From: an uncultured Verrucomicrobiae bacterium
GTDB lineage: Bacteria; Verrucomicrobiota; Verrucomicrobiia; Chthoniobacterales; Terrimicrobiaceae
Assembly: GCA_963706955.1 (NCBI GenBank)
Contig: CAVPOC010000012.1
Location: forward strand, 1-64,000
Direction: 5' to 3'
DNA length: 64,000 nucleotides
Shown: piece by piece, positions 42,701 to 55,428 of the stretch
How positions within the stretch are numbered: the stretch's first letter is position 1
How the letters are laid out: every line of letters begins with the position of its first letter
The notes under the pieces: model-generated
What the model saw: only the letters and a program-made list of their open reading frames with translations
Told to the model about the DNA's origin: nothing
Database searches by the model: none
Translations under genes and position numbers: made by a program

Positions 42701-43187
42701 AAGGTAATGCTCCTTCCAAGGCACCGAGCCATGCACAAAGCAGGCGGAAGACAGCATCTTCATCAAGGAGGACCTTCGGATAGGTCATTAACAAGTGGCA
42801 GTGGCCTTGCGGCAACTCAATCGCGATGAATCGAACCAGGGGCGGTTTAGCGAGATCAAACGGCTGAGCGGCATCTTCTTCGAGTAACGCAGACCAGCGC
42901 TCAGGCGCCTCTTCGGCAGCCAGCTTCGTCCAATCGAGCAATCGCCATGAGGCCTCGATCCCATCGTGCTCGCGGTAGAGAAAGTCACCCGCCGGGACCT
43001 TGAAAAAGCTTGAGCGAAGGACGCCATAGTTGGCGGTGACCTGCTGCCAAGCCTGGCGGACGCGGGCTGCCGGACAGGCTTCCCCGAGACTTATCGACAA
43101 CTGGATGTTTTGAAACGCCGCCGAAGGAGAAGAAGCATGTAGAAAACAAGCAGTGGTTTGAGCAGGGTGGGCGGGTGACTCGCGCAT
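39738..43187 (-). CDS. Degenerate NRPS-like protein (condensation-adenylation-thioesterase, no carrier domain)
   Basis: C scaffold LRSSF and PFDLAKPPLVR; A scaffold VPLDP and PLTAGGRID; TE DGPYHLLGYGFG; catalytic residues substituted. Confidence 0.82.
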   Translation of the reverse strand: MRESPAHPAQTTACFLHASSPSAAFQNIQLSISLGEACPAARVRQAWQQVTANYGVLRSSFFKVPAGDFLYREHDGIEASWRLLDWTKLAAEEAPERWSALLEEDAAQPFDLAKPPLVRFIAIELPQGHCHLLMTYPKVLLDEDAVFRLLCAWLGALEGALPLDAEEPSRLFEASETTADWWSKHLAEAAQPRMLRVYPHRALDLPTSARAESHLTMDREVSASLQKLCRQLGVSARDAFLAFWALAIGRLTDRDNLTLLASCSVAGPRNLGWGLIENLLPALVSIRDERTATEWLKSIAFEEEERRYHAAISLSQALQSSQPNRPLSEFPVAFLWLPTALNDRIHRALPRWIRFDVKAIQRSIFPFTIEVRSGQQFELRVEFDPEFFPSLEATNLLERIVRVTESVIKDPAGKVGSLSILTKAETEIPQPKELGRLSEKPSLTLQEKIAAVITRQPLSLAIEGPNDAALSLAELDSCAKLLAAHLRTEDPAHTGRVATCLTPTPWLPVAVLGILIGGKTCVPLDPNSSATWLASKLTALDVNIVLCDSITAPLFANLRCKLIILDQKWDVITATSSGEVPPVADPQPALVLTGTEFDEPPAVQTLSSQLLLEACLETITLWELQPGDRIPLLTTGGTAAFAEIVLSAMLAGSTIILLGEGELAATLRNARPSHLRLTSAQWRSWTTGLRGERAAFPDSLRCVCIERKVLAPAIHRQWQEINDGRARTIFFSSPVGFSGLSVNYEAGDRPGLSVSITEVPLGTPRAGVAARLIDSAGHLIPPRYPGRLTIQLRDHAEKFAAPAWRDKSGVIHLIPSDDELIERSLTEIAGVQDAHCVTMAGGARAARHAWLILQDRSLHVSETIQSAISAQPKTMQPDYLHAVAEFPLTAGGRIDSARLHRSLTDVLTKTSPTVHPADSITWQPLLLLHTTPNAPTLFLIHDVEGSPEKYRELITLLAEDWTLIGTTARGLTEPAACHQTVESEAAALVEAVRMQDPDGPYHLLGYGFGAVLAFEMAHRMREAGSRVRYLALTGSRAPLLNGKADDWMRSLSRAFSRSGKREVLVDSNMRSVEISHANALREFRTRPLSGPCCVVMGTTMARDHEAAWRACAPDAAINRLNCDPDQMLSQPTVKVLAGILREYAKTSFD

Positions 43188-43196
43188 GCTGAGGAA

Positions 43197-44900
43197 TCAA
43201 AGGCCAGCGTCCGTCACCGCCCCGAGCGAAGCGGTCGTCACGTGTGCCGCATACTTAGCCAAAACCCCTCGGCGATAACGAGGCTTTGGACGCTTCCAGC
43301 TTTTCAGCCTCGTTCTGATCTCACCTTGTGAGACGCGAAGATCGATGGTCCGACTTTCCGCGTCGATCGTGATAATATCGCCATTCTTGACAATTGCGAG
43401 GGGTCCACCGTCGAACGCCTCGGGCGTGATATGCCCCACCACAAAACCGTGAGTGCCACCGGAGAAGCGTCCGTCGGTGACCAACGCCACTTCCTTGCCG
43501 AGGCCGCGGCCCATGACCGCGCTGGTCGGCGAGAGCATCTCGCGCATCCCGGGTCCTCCGCGTGGTCCCTCGTAGCGAATAACGATAACGTCTCCTCTCT
43601 TGATCTCTCCTTGAAGGATCGCATGCATAGCCGCCTCTTCGCTGTCATAGACCCGGGCAGTTCCGCTAAATTGCTCGCCTTCCTTGCCGCTGATTTTGGC
43701 AACGGCTCCCTCCGGTGCCAGATTGCCGCGGAGAATGACCAAATGGCTGTCCTTTTTCAGAGGCTTGCTCAGCCGAGCGATGATTTGCTGACCCTTTGGA
43801 TAGGCTTTAAACGGCGCGAGATTTTGCTTAAGCGTCTTGCCGGTGACCGTCAGGCAATCGCCGTGCAACAAGCCGGCATGGACGAGCTCTTTCATCAAGG
43901 GAACGATGCCGCCGATCTCGACCAACTGGCTCATCATAAAGCGACCGCTCGGTTTGAGATCGGCTAAGACCGGGACGCGCTTTCCGATTCGCGTAAAATC
44001 ATCCAAGTCGAGACGCACATTTGCCGCATGTGCGATGGCCAGCATATGAAGCACCGCATTTGTGGAACCCCCCAAAGCGATGACCACCGTGATCGCGTTT
44101 TCGAACGACTCCTTGGAAAAAATGTCCGAAGGCCGAATGCCCCGTTTCAGCATCTGGATGACCGCGGCGCCGGCATCGTGACAATCGCGGACTTTGTGCT
44201 CGGAGATTGCTGCCTGTGCCGAACTGTTTGGCAAACTAAGGCCCATCGCCTCGAGCGCCGAGGCCATCGTATTGGCGGTGTACATTCCCCCGCACGATCC
44301 AGGACCTGGGATAGCGCAGGATTCGACAGCATGCATTTCCTCCTTGTTGATCTTACCGGCGGCTTCGGCCCCAACCGCTTCGAAAACGGAAACGATGTCG
44401 AGATTCCGGCCGTTCAGACATCCCGGCAGAATTGTGCCACCATAGACAAACACCGCTGGCCGGTTCAGCCGCGCCATGGCAATGCAACAGCCCGGCATAT
44501 TCTTGTCGCAGCCGCCGATCGCCACAAAGCCGTCAAAGCCCTGGCAACCAACCACCGTTTCGATTGAGTCGGCAATCACTTCGCGCGAAACGAGCGAATA
44601 CTTCATTCCCTCCGTTCCCATCGAAATTCCGTCCGATATGGTAATGGTGTTAAAAATGGTCGCCTTTCCTCCGGCGTCGTTGACTCCCGCAGCGGCTTCC
44701 CGCGCAAGTTGATCGATGTGCATGTTGCACGGAGTGACCATGCTCCAGGTCGAGGCAACACCAATCTGCGGTTTGGAAAAATCGTTCTCCCGGAAACCAA
44801 TCGGATACAACATCGCACGGCTCGGAGCGCGGCTCTCGCCGTCCAGGACAACGGACGAGAATGGACGCAAACCGTTTTTTGCAGAGACTTTGATTCTCAT
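43197..44900 (-). CDS. ilvD: Dihydroxy-acid dehydratase
   Basis: [47 protein letters not shown] 44900 chosen. Confidence 0.97.
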   Translation of the reverse strand: MRIKVSAKNGLRPFSSVVLDGESRAPSRAMLYPIGFRENDFSKPQIGVASTWSMVTPCNMHIDQLAREAAAGVNDAGGKATIFNTITISDGISMGTEGMKYSLVSREVIADSIETVVGCQGFDGFVAIGGCDKNMPGCCIAMARLNRPAVFVYGGTILPGCLNGRNLDIVSVFEAVGAEAAGKINKEEMHAVESCAIPGPGSCGGMYTANTMASALEAMGLSLPNSSAQAAISEHKVRDCHDAGAAVIQMLKRGIRPSDIFSKESFENAITVVIALGGSTNAVLHMLAIAHAANVRLDLDDFTRIGKRVPVLADLKPSGRFMMSQLVEIGGIVPLMKELVHAGLLHGDCLTVTGKTLKQNLAPFKAYPKGQQIIARLSKPLKKDSHLVILRGNLAPEGAVAKISGKEGEQFSGTARVYDSEEAAMHAILQGEIKRGDVIVIRYEGPRGGPGMREMLSPTSAVMGRGLGKEVALVTDGRFSGGTHGFVVGHITPEAFDGGPLAIVKNGDIITIDAESRTIDLRVSQGEIRTRLKSWKRPKPRYRRGVLAKYAAHVTTASLGAVTDAGL

Positions 44901-44955
44901 GGACCTAACCACATTAGATAAGTGGCTGGAAGGTCGCAAAGCCAAAACCTTAGCC

Positions 44956-46353
44956 TCAACGGGCTCTCTTCGATTCGATCGCTTCAATGGCGTCGCGAAT
45001 GTCGTCTCTTTCCCGAGGCCCAAGTTGGTCGCTTTCGAGCGCAGCACGATAGCTGCGCAGCGCCGACTCGGCCAAGCCCTGTTTGGCGTAGGCCTGCCCC
45101 AGGTAGATCTGATAATCAACGGGGGAGACCCCCGCGTTTCTCGCGTTGGTGACGAGTTTTTCAAGGGATGCGGCTTCGCCGCTGTAGTCAGTGAGGGTTC
45201 TCCGAATTCGCGCCGAGAGAAACAGAGTGTATGAATCATTGGGCGACTCGAGGAGCACCTCCTCAGTAAGCTTCTCCGCTTGCTCCGTCTCACCTGTTTC
45301 GAAGAGTGCCAACGCCTGAACCAACTTCGCATGGCCAAGGTTAGGGTTGCTCTCGAGAGCCTTTCTGCTATGGGCAAGGGCGTCCTGCCAACGCCGCTGC
45401 GCGACGGCAAAGTTGGCCGCGTGGGAGAGCACTGAGGTGTTTTCAGGAGCCAAGCGAAGTGCACGCTCAAGGCAAGCGCGCGCATCTCCGGTCCGCCGAA
45501 TCGCTTCATAGTAACCAGCGATCTGGGCTAAATAGAGCGCGGTTCCATTATCCGGTCCAAATTGAAAGGTCTCCTCGAGAGCCCGTGGCGGAAGCCCGGG
45601 ACCATGGCGAAAGAGAAAGCCATGGTTGGTCACAGAAGCAAGGTGCCAGTCGGGCGATATCAGCAGGTGATCCAGCAAGGGTCTGTATTCTCCGATCGGG
45701 CCGGACAGAACGACGGCAGGCCATCGCTGCCGGCGAAATGCCTCACGCCATTGGCTGGGATTTAGCGCGAGGCGGGCAGAATCCTCTAGCGAAACGCCGC
45801 CTCCCTCCTTCGGAAGAAGAAGCAAGAGCAAATGCCTCAATGCGGTGGGATTTGCAAACACCTTCTCTCCGCTCAGCCGCCGGACCTCGTCAGCCAATTC
45901 CGATGGAAGCAGGAGGCGCAGATCGGATGCCGTCTCCCCGCGGTTTCTCCAGCTCATCCACACTGGCGGGACACACGTGGCCAAGACAAGGATAATGGCA
46001 GAACCGAAAAGAATCGCCCGGGAGCGCCGATCATCGAGCAGTCGCACAATCGCGTAAATTACCGCCAGCGAAAACAGCGTTGCCAGCGTCCAGCCGGCAA
46101 AGACCGCCACCCATTGTCCGGTAGCCAGCAGGGAGGCTCCGCCAGCCTCCCAGAGACGGCCCGCGACCAAGTCCGACACTGACGCATTCCCAAATCCCTC
46201 GATCCTCCGGAGTGACGCCAAGCCACGGATTGCCGCTGCCAGGCTCCGCTGCGTAGGAAAGCCACTGAGAAAGGGCAGGGAATGCAAGAAACCGCAGATA
46301 ACGGAGGCAGCGACGCCAAATATCGCGTATCTGAAAGACGACGACCTAGACAT
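44956..46353 (-). CDS. Membrane protein with C-terminal TPR repeats
   Basis: About three N-terminal TM helices; TPR-like units such as [25 protein letters not shown]. Confidence 0.8.
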   Translation of the reverse strand: MSRSSSFRYAIFGVAASVICGFLHSLPFLSGFPTQRSLAAAIRGLASLRRIEGFGNASVSDLVAGRLWEAGGASLLATGQWVAVFAGWTLATLFSLAVIYAIVRLLDDRRSRAILFGSAIILVLATCVPPVWMSWRNRGETASDLRLLLPSELADEVRRLSGEKVFANPTALRHLLLLLLPKEGGGVSLEDSARLALNPSQWREAFRRQRWPAVVLSGPIGEYRPLLDHLLISPDWHLASVTNHGFLFRHGPGLPPRALEETFQFGPDNGTALYLAQIAGYYEAIRRTGDARACLERALRLAPENTSVLSHAANFAVAQRRWQDALAHSRKALESNPNLGHAKLVQALALFETGETEQAEKLTEEVLLESPNDSYTLFLSARIRRTLTDYSGEAASLEKLVTNARNAGVSPVDYQIYLGQAYAKQGLAESALRSYRAALESDQLGPRERDDIRDAIEAIESKRAR

Positions 46354-46386
46354 TCTTCAAGAGACTGCGACTTTTCTCACTAAGCC

Positions 46387-46893
46387 ATGAAACTACCACT
46401 TCTCGTCCTCTCCGCGATAAGCTTGTTTGCGTTGACGGGCAGAGCTGAACCACTCACCGTCGGCACGCCCGCGCCTGTTATCACCGCCAAAGATCAAGAC
46501 GGTCAGGCCATCAACTTTGCGGATGTTTACTCCAAGGGAACGACGCTGGTTTATTTCTACCCCAAGGCGGGCACCGCTGGTTGCACGGCACAAGCATGTT
46601 CGCTCCGCGACTCGTTCGCGGATTTGAATCAGAAAGGATTGCAAATCATCGGCGTGAGCGAAGACACCGTCCAGTCTCAAAAGAAGTTCAGGGACGAGAA
46701 CCAACTTCCATTCACCTTGATTGGGGATAGCGATGGCAAGGTCGCTGAGGCCTTCGGAGTGCCCATAACCATGGGTCTCGCCAAACGGCAGTCGTTTATT
46801 ATCAAAGAGGGGAAGATCGCGTGGGTTTCTCCGCAGGCGAAGACGAAGGAACACGCCCAGGAGGTCCAGGCCGCGCTTCAGTCCCTGAACTAG
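46387..46893 (+). CDS. bcp: Peroxiredoxin BCP/PrxQ with signal peptide
   Basis: VYFYPKAGTAGCTAQAC; N-terminal signal peptide. Confidence 0.9.
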   Translation: MKLPLLVLSAISLFALTGRAEPLTVGTPAPVITAKDQDGQAINFADVYSKGTTLVYFYPKAGTAGCTAQACSLRDSFADLNQKGLQIIGVSEDTVQSQKKFRDENQLPFTLIGDSDGKVAEAFGVPITMGLAKRQSFIIKEGKIAWVSPQAKTKEHAQEVQAALQSLN

Positions 46894-47066
46894 AATCGCT
46901 ATTTCCTCCGATTTTGCGCTTCAGCCGACGGACCAAGCGTGCGACGCGTGGACGTTTTGAAGTCTCAGCGCCCGTCGCGGGCTCAAGTTAGGTGGGCGCT
47001 CGTGCGATTGTCGCTCAATCGACACGGCAAGATTGCTGAACCGCTAGCAATGATCTTCTAGCGAGG

Positions 47067-47318
47067 TCAGTTCCCTTCCTCGTCTGCCGCCGGGGTGGGG
47101 CGCTCCGACTTGGGAAGCCTTTTCAGGATCTTCTCGGTCTTCTTTTTCTTTCTGACTTCAAGTTCCCACTTGACGGGATTGATCTCGCCCTTGGTGCTCC
47201 ACCAACGGCTGCCCGTCCACATTCCCAAGGTGCGGGTTCCGTTTGGAAGCCAGACGCGAACTGCCTTATAGGGCACCGGTTTCTCATTATCGGACTGTTC
47301 CCGCTCTCTATCCTTCAT
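47067..47318 (-). CDS. Small hypothetical protein (Trp-rich, basic)
   Basis: 83 aa from ATG 47318, downstream of tRNA-Lys; the longer ORF crosses the tRNA. Confidence 0.5.
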   Translation of the reverse strand: MKDREREQSDNEKPVPYKAVRVWLPNGTRTLGMWTGSRWWSTKGEINPVKWELEVRKKKKTEKILKRLPKSERPTPAADEEGN

Positions 47319-47434
47319 CGAGTAAATTGTGGGACCTGAGGGTAATGGAAGCGCCTCCGGTCCGTCAAACCTCTGATGCTCGCAAGCCCAGTCGCCTCGC
47401 CTCGGTATATCACTAGAACACTCAGCTGGGGGAG

Positions 47435-47506
47435 TGGGTTGGGAGGGACTCGAACCCTCAACCAACGCCTTAAAAGGGCGCTGCTCTACCATTGAGCTAC
47501 CAACCC
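47435..47506 (-). tRNA. tRNA-Lys(TTT), CCA not encoded
   Basis: GGGTTGG/CCAACCC acceptor stem, D arm GCTC..GAGC, anticodon loop CTTTTAA, T arm GAGGG-TTCGAGT-CCCTC. Confidence 0.96.
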
Positions 47507-47653
47507 GCAGTCCGGCCCCAAAACCAAGAAAGAGAACTCCATCCGGCGGCTTTGTTTTGCGCTCTCCAGCCATCCACGTGGCAATTGGAGCGACGTCGCA
47601 TATTAATCCACAATCGCTCGGAAGGCGCAAGAGTCTTCCCCCAAGCGCTGGCC

Positions 47654-48995
47654 TCATTCGCGAACAGGCTCTTTCGCTTCGACTTCGTCGGTCGCCAAGA
47701 GGGTAATCCGCGCCCGACGTAGCCCGGAAGCGTGTGTCTGCAATGCAGTGATCTCAAACTCGCCGATTCGCAGACTTTCATCTCGTTGCAAGAGTCGTCC
47801 CGCGAGTCGCTTTACCCAGGCTTCGACCGTCTCACGGGGTTGAAACTCAAAGTTCCAACCGGTTTCCGCGCGGAGTTCGCGGATGGGGAGGGAAGCATCG
47901 ACCACGATGGAGTGCTCGGTTTGCTCGAAGATCGGGCCTCGTTCGATGTCGAGCTCGTCGCGGATCTCTCCGACGATTTCTTCAAGGACATCCTCGAAGG
48001 TAACGATGCCGAGCATCGCCTCATTTGTATCAATGACGACAGCCAAGTGACGGCGCGAGGAGCGAAACAGCTCCATCATTGTCGGCAATGGTGTCATCGG
48101 GAAAAAGGTCAACACAGGACGCATCAGCGGTTGAAACGACGACTTTTCTCCCAAGCGCTTGAATTTGCCAGAGCCATTCCTTGATCAGGACCATTCCAAG
48201 CACATTGTCGAGAGATTCCTGGCAGACGGGATATCGACTGTGACCACTCTTTTGCGCAATCCTAAGATTCTCATCGATGCTCTTGTCCACCCAGAGCGCC
48301 ACCACTGTTGTCCGGGGAAGCATCACCTGCTGCGCAGTAACGTCGCGCAGTCGTAACGAGCGGACCATGATCTTATTGATCAAGGCGTCACCGGGATGAA
48401 TGTGCCTGGAATGGCTGAGGACATACTCCAGCTCGTCGGCGGAGAAGGCGTGCTCGCTTTCGGAAGCCGGCTGCAAGCCCGCCCAGCGAAGAAACATGTT
48501 TGCCGTGCCGTTCAGGACGTAAATAAACGGAAAGAAAATATAATAAAAAATCAGCAGCGGGGCTGCGATCCAGAGAGAAACGCCCTTAGGCCGTTGAATG
48601 GCCAATGATTTCGGAGCGAGCTCACCCAGGACGATGTGGAGGAAGGTAATGATCGTGAACGCTACTCCAAACGCCAGCGAGTGCTGCAAACGGACGCTGT
48701 TCACGCCGAGATACGCAAACGCCGGCTGCAGCCAGTGTGCCAGAAATGGCTCACCGAGCCAGCCAAGGCCGAGGCTGGCGAGAGTAATCCCAAGTTGAGT
48801 GGCCGAAAGGCAGGCATCCAGATTGTTGACCGCCCGGAGCGCCATCGGCACCCGCCAATCCCCTGATTTGAGCAGGGGCTTGAGCTGACTGGCCCGGATC
48901 TTCACAATGGCGAACTCCGCCGCCACAAAGAATCCGTTCGCGCAGACAAGCAAAAGGATGACCAGAAGCTGCCATCCCAGTTCAAATAGCATCAT
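47654..48995 (-). pseudogene. CNNM/HlyC-CorC (hemolysin-family CBS) transporter, frameshifted
   Basis: DUF21 (NGFFVAAEFA, GELAPKS) and CBS1 (HSRYPV) are in one frame; CBS2 (GIVTFEDVLEEIVGEI) and the CorC domain are in the +1 frame; switch near 48150. Confidence 0.85.
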
Positions 48996-49137
48996 CGTTA
49001 AAGCCTTTTCCGCACCTTGGTCACCGTTTCAATCTCCTCATCCGCCGAAGACAAGGCAAACATAAGTAGCGTTTTTTCGCCAAGGCCGAAAATGGGGATT
49101 GGATTTTCGCGCATCACGCTGATATTTCCGCGCGACC

Positions 49138-51063
49138 ATGCCTGATTTCGGCCGAGAAGACGCCATCTCTCTCTACAACGTAGACCGCTGGGGCGAGGGG
49201 TACTTCACCGTGAATCGGAAAGGTCATATGGTCGTTCTACCCAATCGCTCGAGCGATCAAAAGATCGACCTGATGGAGGTTGTTGCAGAGGCAAAACGGC
49301 GCAAACTCGGCTTTCCCTTGACGGTGCGTTTTCACGATCTATTGCGTGATCGCGTGGAGACCATCAACATGGCCTTTGCCGACGCGATCGAGACCATGGG
49401 CTACCGCAACGTCTATCGAGGCGTGTTTCCGATCAAGGTGAACCAACTCCGGGAAGTCGTCGAAGAGATCCTCGACGCCGGCAAGCGCTGGAATTTTGGT
49501 CTCGAGGCGGGAAGCAAGCCGGAGCTCATGGCGGCTCTGGCCCTTCATCAGGATTATGAAAGCCTGATCGTCTGCAACGGCTACAAGGATACTGATTTCG
49601 TGCGCACGGCTCTGCTTGGACGAAAGTTGGGGAAAACCGTTATCCTGGTTGTCGAGAAGGTCGAGGAGTTGACGCATATCCTCAAGGTCTCCGCCCAGAT
49701 GAAGGTCGAGCCATACGTTGGCTTCCGCGTGCGTCTGCTCTCAAAGGGAGCCGGTAAATGGGCGACAAGCGGAGGAGAAAACGCCAAGTTCGGTCTCGCT
49801 ACGGCCGAGCTCGTCGCCGCAAGCGACTTGCTGACAGAGGCTGGTCTGGCTCATGCGCTCAAGCTCGTCCACTTTCATGTAGGTTCCCAGGTTCCTGATA
49901 TCGGGACGATCAAGCGTGCCACCAAGGAGGCGGCGCGTTTCTATTCGAAGCTGCAAAAGATGGGCCATGAGATGGGCTATCTGGATGTGGGAGGAGGTCT
50001 CGGTGTCGACTACGATGGTTCCCGGACGACATTCGACAGCTCAACGAACTACTCGCTCAACGAGTATGCTCGCGACATTGTCTACAGCATCATGGAGGTG
50101 TGCGACGCGGAGGGCGTTCCACATCCCACCATCGTGAGCGAAAGCGGTCGGGCAATCGTCGCCCATCACTCCGTGCTCATCGTCGAGGCCTTTGGATCCA
50201 TCGAGAAAAGTCCCGACGGTGAAAAAATCGAAGCGACCGAAGATAATCCCCAGATTCTTCACGATATCGTCGAGATCTTCGAGAACCTCGGCAAAAAGAA
50301 CCGGCTCGAGAACCTCCACGACGCCCACGAAATTCGTGAACGCGCCCAGGCTATGTTCGACTTGGGACTGCTCGATCTGCGAGCGAAGGCGAAAATCGAG
50401 ACTGTATATTGGCAAATAGCCGGGGCCGTCGTCGCGATGTTTCGAGGCATGCGTTACATTCCGGAAGAGGTCAAGGAGATGGAGGTGGCCTTGGGTGACC
50501 AGTTCCTTTGCAACTTCTCAGTCTTTCAATCGCTTCTTGACCATTGGGCACTCGGTCAGTTGTTCCCGGTCATGCCGATTCACAGACTAAACAAGCTGCC
50601 CGATCGCAACGCCACCATCGTTGACATCACTTGCGATTCGGATGGCAAAGTGAGCAAGTTCGTGGACCTGCAAGACGTCAAGGAAACTCTTCCTTTGCAC
50701 CGGTGGGAACCCGGTGAACCATACTACATCGGCTTTTTCCTGGTGGGCGCCTACCAGGATATCATGGGTGACATGCATAACCTCTTCGGACGAGTGAACG
50801 AGATGCACATCTATCTGGATGAGGACGAGGACTGCGGCTATTACGTGGAGGAAGTCCTTCCCGGCAGCACCATCGGCCAGGTCCTTTCCCTTACGCAGTG
50901 GGATACAAATGAACTTGCGCGCCGCATGAAGTCGCAGGTCGATGCAGCCATCAAGAGCGATCGGCTCAAGCCGAGCGAGGCGATGCGTGTGCTCGATGAT
51001 TACGAGAAATGCCTCTTCACCTACACTTATCTCAATTTTGACGATCAGAAAAAGAAGCGATGA
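49138..51063 (+). CDS. speA: Biosynthetic arginine decarboxylase
   Basis: FPIKVNQ, GLEAGSKPEL, HFHVGSQ, DVGGGLG, ESGRA, TCDSDG. Confidence 0.97.
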   Translation: MPDFGREDAISLYNVDRWGEGYFTVNRKGHMVVLPNRSSDQKIDLMEVVAEAKRRKLGFPLTVRFHDLLRDRVETINMAFADAIETMGYRNVYRGVFPIKVNQLREVVEEILDAGKRWNFGLEAGSKPELMAALALHQDYESLIVCNGYKDTDFVRTALLGRKLGKTVILVVEKVEELTHILKVSAQMKVEPYVGFRVRLLSKGAGKWATSGGENAKFGLATAELVAASDLLTEAGLAHALKLVHFHVGSQVPDIGTIKRATKEAARFYSKLQKMGHEMGYLDVGGGLGVDYDGSRTTFDSSTNYSLNEYARDIVYSIMEVCDAEGVPHPTIVSESGRAIVAHHSVLIVEAFGSIEKSPDGEKIEATEDNPQILHDIVEIFENLGKKNRLENLHDAHEIRERAQAMFDLGLLDLRAKAKIETVYWQIAGAVVAMFRGMRYIPEEVKEMEVALGDQFLCNFSVFQSLLDHWALGQLFPVMPIHRLNKLPDRNATIVDITCDSDGKVSKFVDLQDVKETLPLHRWEPGEPYYIGFFLVGAYQDIMGDMHNLFGRVNEMHIYLDEDEDCGYYVEEVLPGSTIGQVLSLTQWDTNELARRMKSQVDAAIKSDRLKPSEAMRVLDDYEKCLFTYTYLNFDDQKKKR

Positions 51064-52175
51064 ACCGCCGGACACCGCTTTATGACAGGCACGTGTCCGG
51101 TGGGGCACGCATGGTGGACTTTGCCGGGTGGGAGATGCCAGTTCAATACGGAGGCATCCTCGAGGAACACAGGGCGGTGCGGGAGAATTGCGGCATTTTC
51201 GATATTTCTCACATGGGCGAGTTCCTCATCCGCGGGCGCGAAGCCGCTTCCTGGTTGGATTCGCTGCTCACGAACTCCGTAACCAAGCTCGCGGAAGGAC
51301 AGGCACACTATTCGTTGCTGCTGAACCAGCATGGCGGCATCATCGACGATCTCATCGTCTACCGAACGGGAGCGCAGGAATTTCTGCTGATTGTCAATGC
51401 GGCAAAAATCGACGAGGATTTCACCTGGCTGCGTGACCACATCCCCGGGGCTGAAGAGGTTGCCCTCGTAAATCTGAGCGATGCCTACGCGGCTCTAGCC
51501 ATCCAAGGACCCCGGGCACCGGAGGTTTTCTCGAGAGCATTTTCTCTTTCTTGGGAGCAGCGCAGAAATCGCATCGCGGAATTCGACAATGAACTTGCCC
51601 GCGGCGGAAATCCGAATTTCGACCGGACGGTTCGCTCGTTGGTTGCGACCACCGGCTATACCGGTGAAGTGGGATTTGAGGTTCTCATTCCCGCAAATGA
51701 AGCGACGCGGTTCTGGGATTCGTTCATCGCCTCGGGAGCCAAGCCCTGCGGGCTGGGGGCGCGAGACACGCTTCGCCTTGAAATGTGCTATCCACTCAAT
51801 GGTTCTGATCTCTCGGTTAACCACACGCCCTTGGAAGCGGGACTCGGCGCTTTCGTGGACTTTGAAAAAGGACACTTCGCCGGTCGCGACGTTCTCTTGC
51901 GGCAAAAGGAGAAAGGCATCGCTAGAAAGCTCGCCGCAATCCGCGTCCAAGAGAAGTCGCCACCGATTCGCGCGCACTACTCGATCGTGGTGAACGGAGA
52001 GAAAGTTGGCGAAACCAGCAGCGGGGCGCTGTCGCCGACACTCGGCTGCGGAATCGCTTTGGGCTATTTGCCGTTCCCACTTGCCAAGATTGGGCAGGAT
52101 TTGGAAATTGAGGTTAGGGGCCGCCTCTATCGCGCCTGTGTCGTCAAAAAACCATTTTACAAGCCAAGGTCATGA
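51060..52175 (+). CDS. gcvT: Glycine cleavage system T protein
   Basis: [34 protein letters not shown]. Confidence 0.96.
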   Translation: MNRRTPLYDRHVSGGARMVDFAGWEMPVQYGGILEEHRAVRENCGIFDISHMGEFLIRGREAASWLDSLLTNSVTKLAEGQAHYSLLLNQHGGIIDDLIVYRTGAQEFLLIVNAAKIDEDFTWLRDHIPGAEEVALVNLSDAYAALAIQGPRAPEVFSRAFSLSWEQRRNRIAEFDNELARGGNPNFDRTVRSLVATTGYTGEVGFEVLIPANEATRFWDSFIASGAKPCGLGARDTLRLEMCYPLNGSDLSVNHTPLEAGLGAFVDFEKGHFAGRDVLLRQKEKGIARKLAAIRVQEKSPPIRAHYSIVVNGEKVGETSSGALSPTLGCGIALGYLPFPLAKIGQDLEIEVRGRLYRACVVKKPFYKPRS

Positions 52176-52548
52176 ATGTTCCCGACGATTTGAAGTTTGC
52201 CGAAACCCACGAATGGATTCGCGTTGACGGAGACGTCGGCACGGTGGGCATTACGGATCACGCCCAGGCTGAACTGACCGACATTGTCTTTGCCGAAGCG
52301 CCCAAGGTCGGCACCAAGGTCTCCGCCAAGGAAGCACTCGCTGTCGTCGAGTCCGTCAAGGCGGCCAGCGACATTTATAGCCCTGTAGGGGGAGATATCG
52401 TCGAAGCGAACGAGGCACTCTCTGAAAATCCGGCGTTGATCAATCAAGACCCCTACGGCGCCGGATGGATCTTCAAGATCAGAATCGCTGATTCTTCTGA
52501 ACTCAATAGCATGCTGGACGCGGCGGCCTATCGCGCCCAAACAGAGAA

Positions 52549-52552
<4 letters not shown>
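52172..52552 (+). CDS. gcvH: Glycine cleavage system H protein
   Basis: HEW, GITDHAQ, lipoyl motif [15 protein letters not shown]. Confidence 0.97.

Positions 52553-55428
<2,876 letters not shown>

Noticed and set aside
44901..45509. 203-aa N-terminal extension of IlvD
   Set aside because: Out-of-frame overlap with the TPR gene; IlvD-like sequence begins near 44900
47319..47657. 5' part of the 196-aa ORF
   Set aside because: Runs through tRNA-Lys
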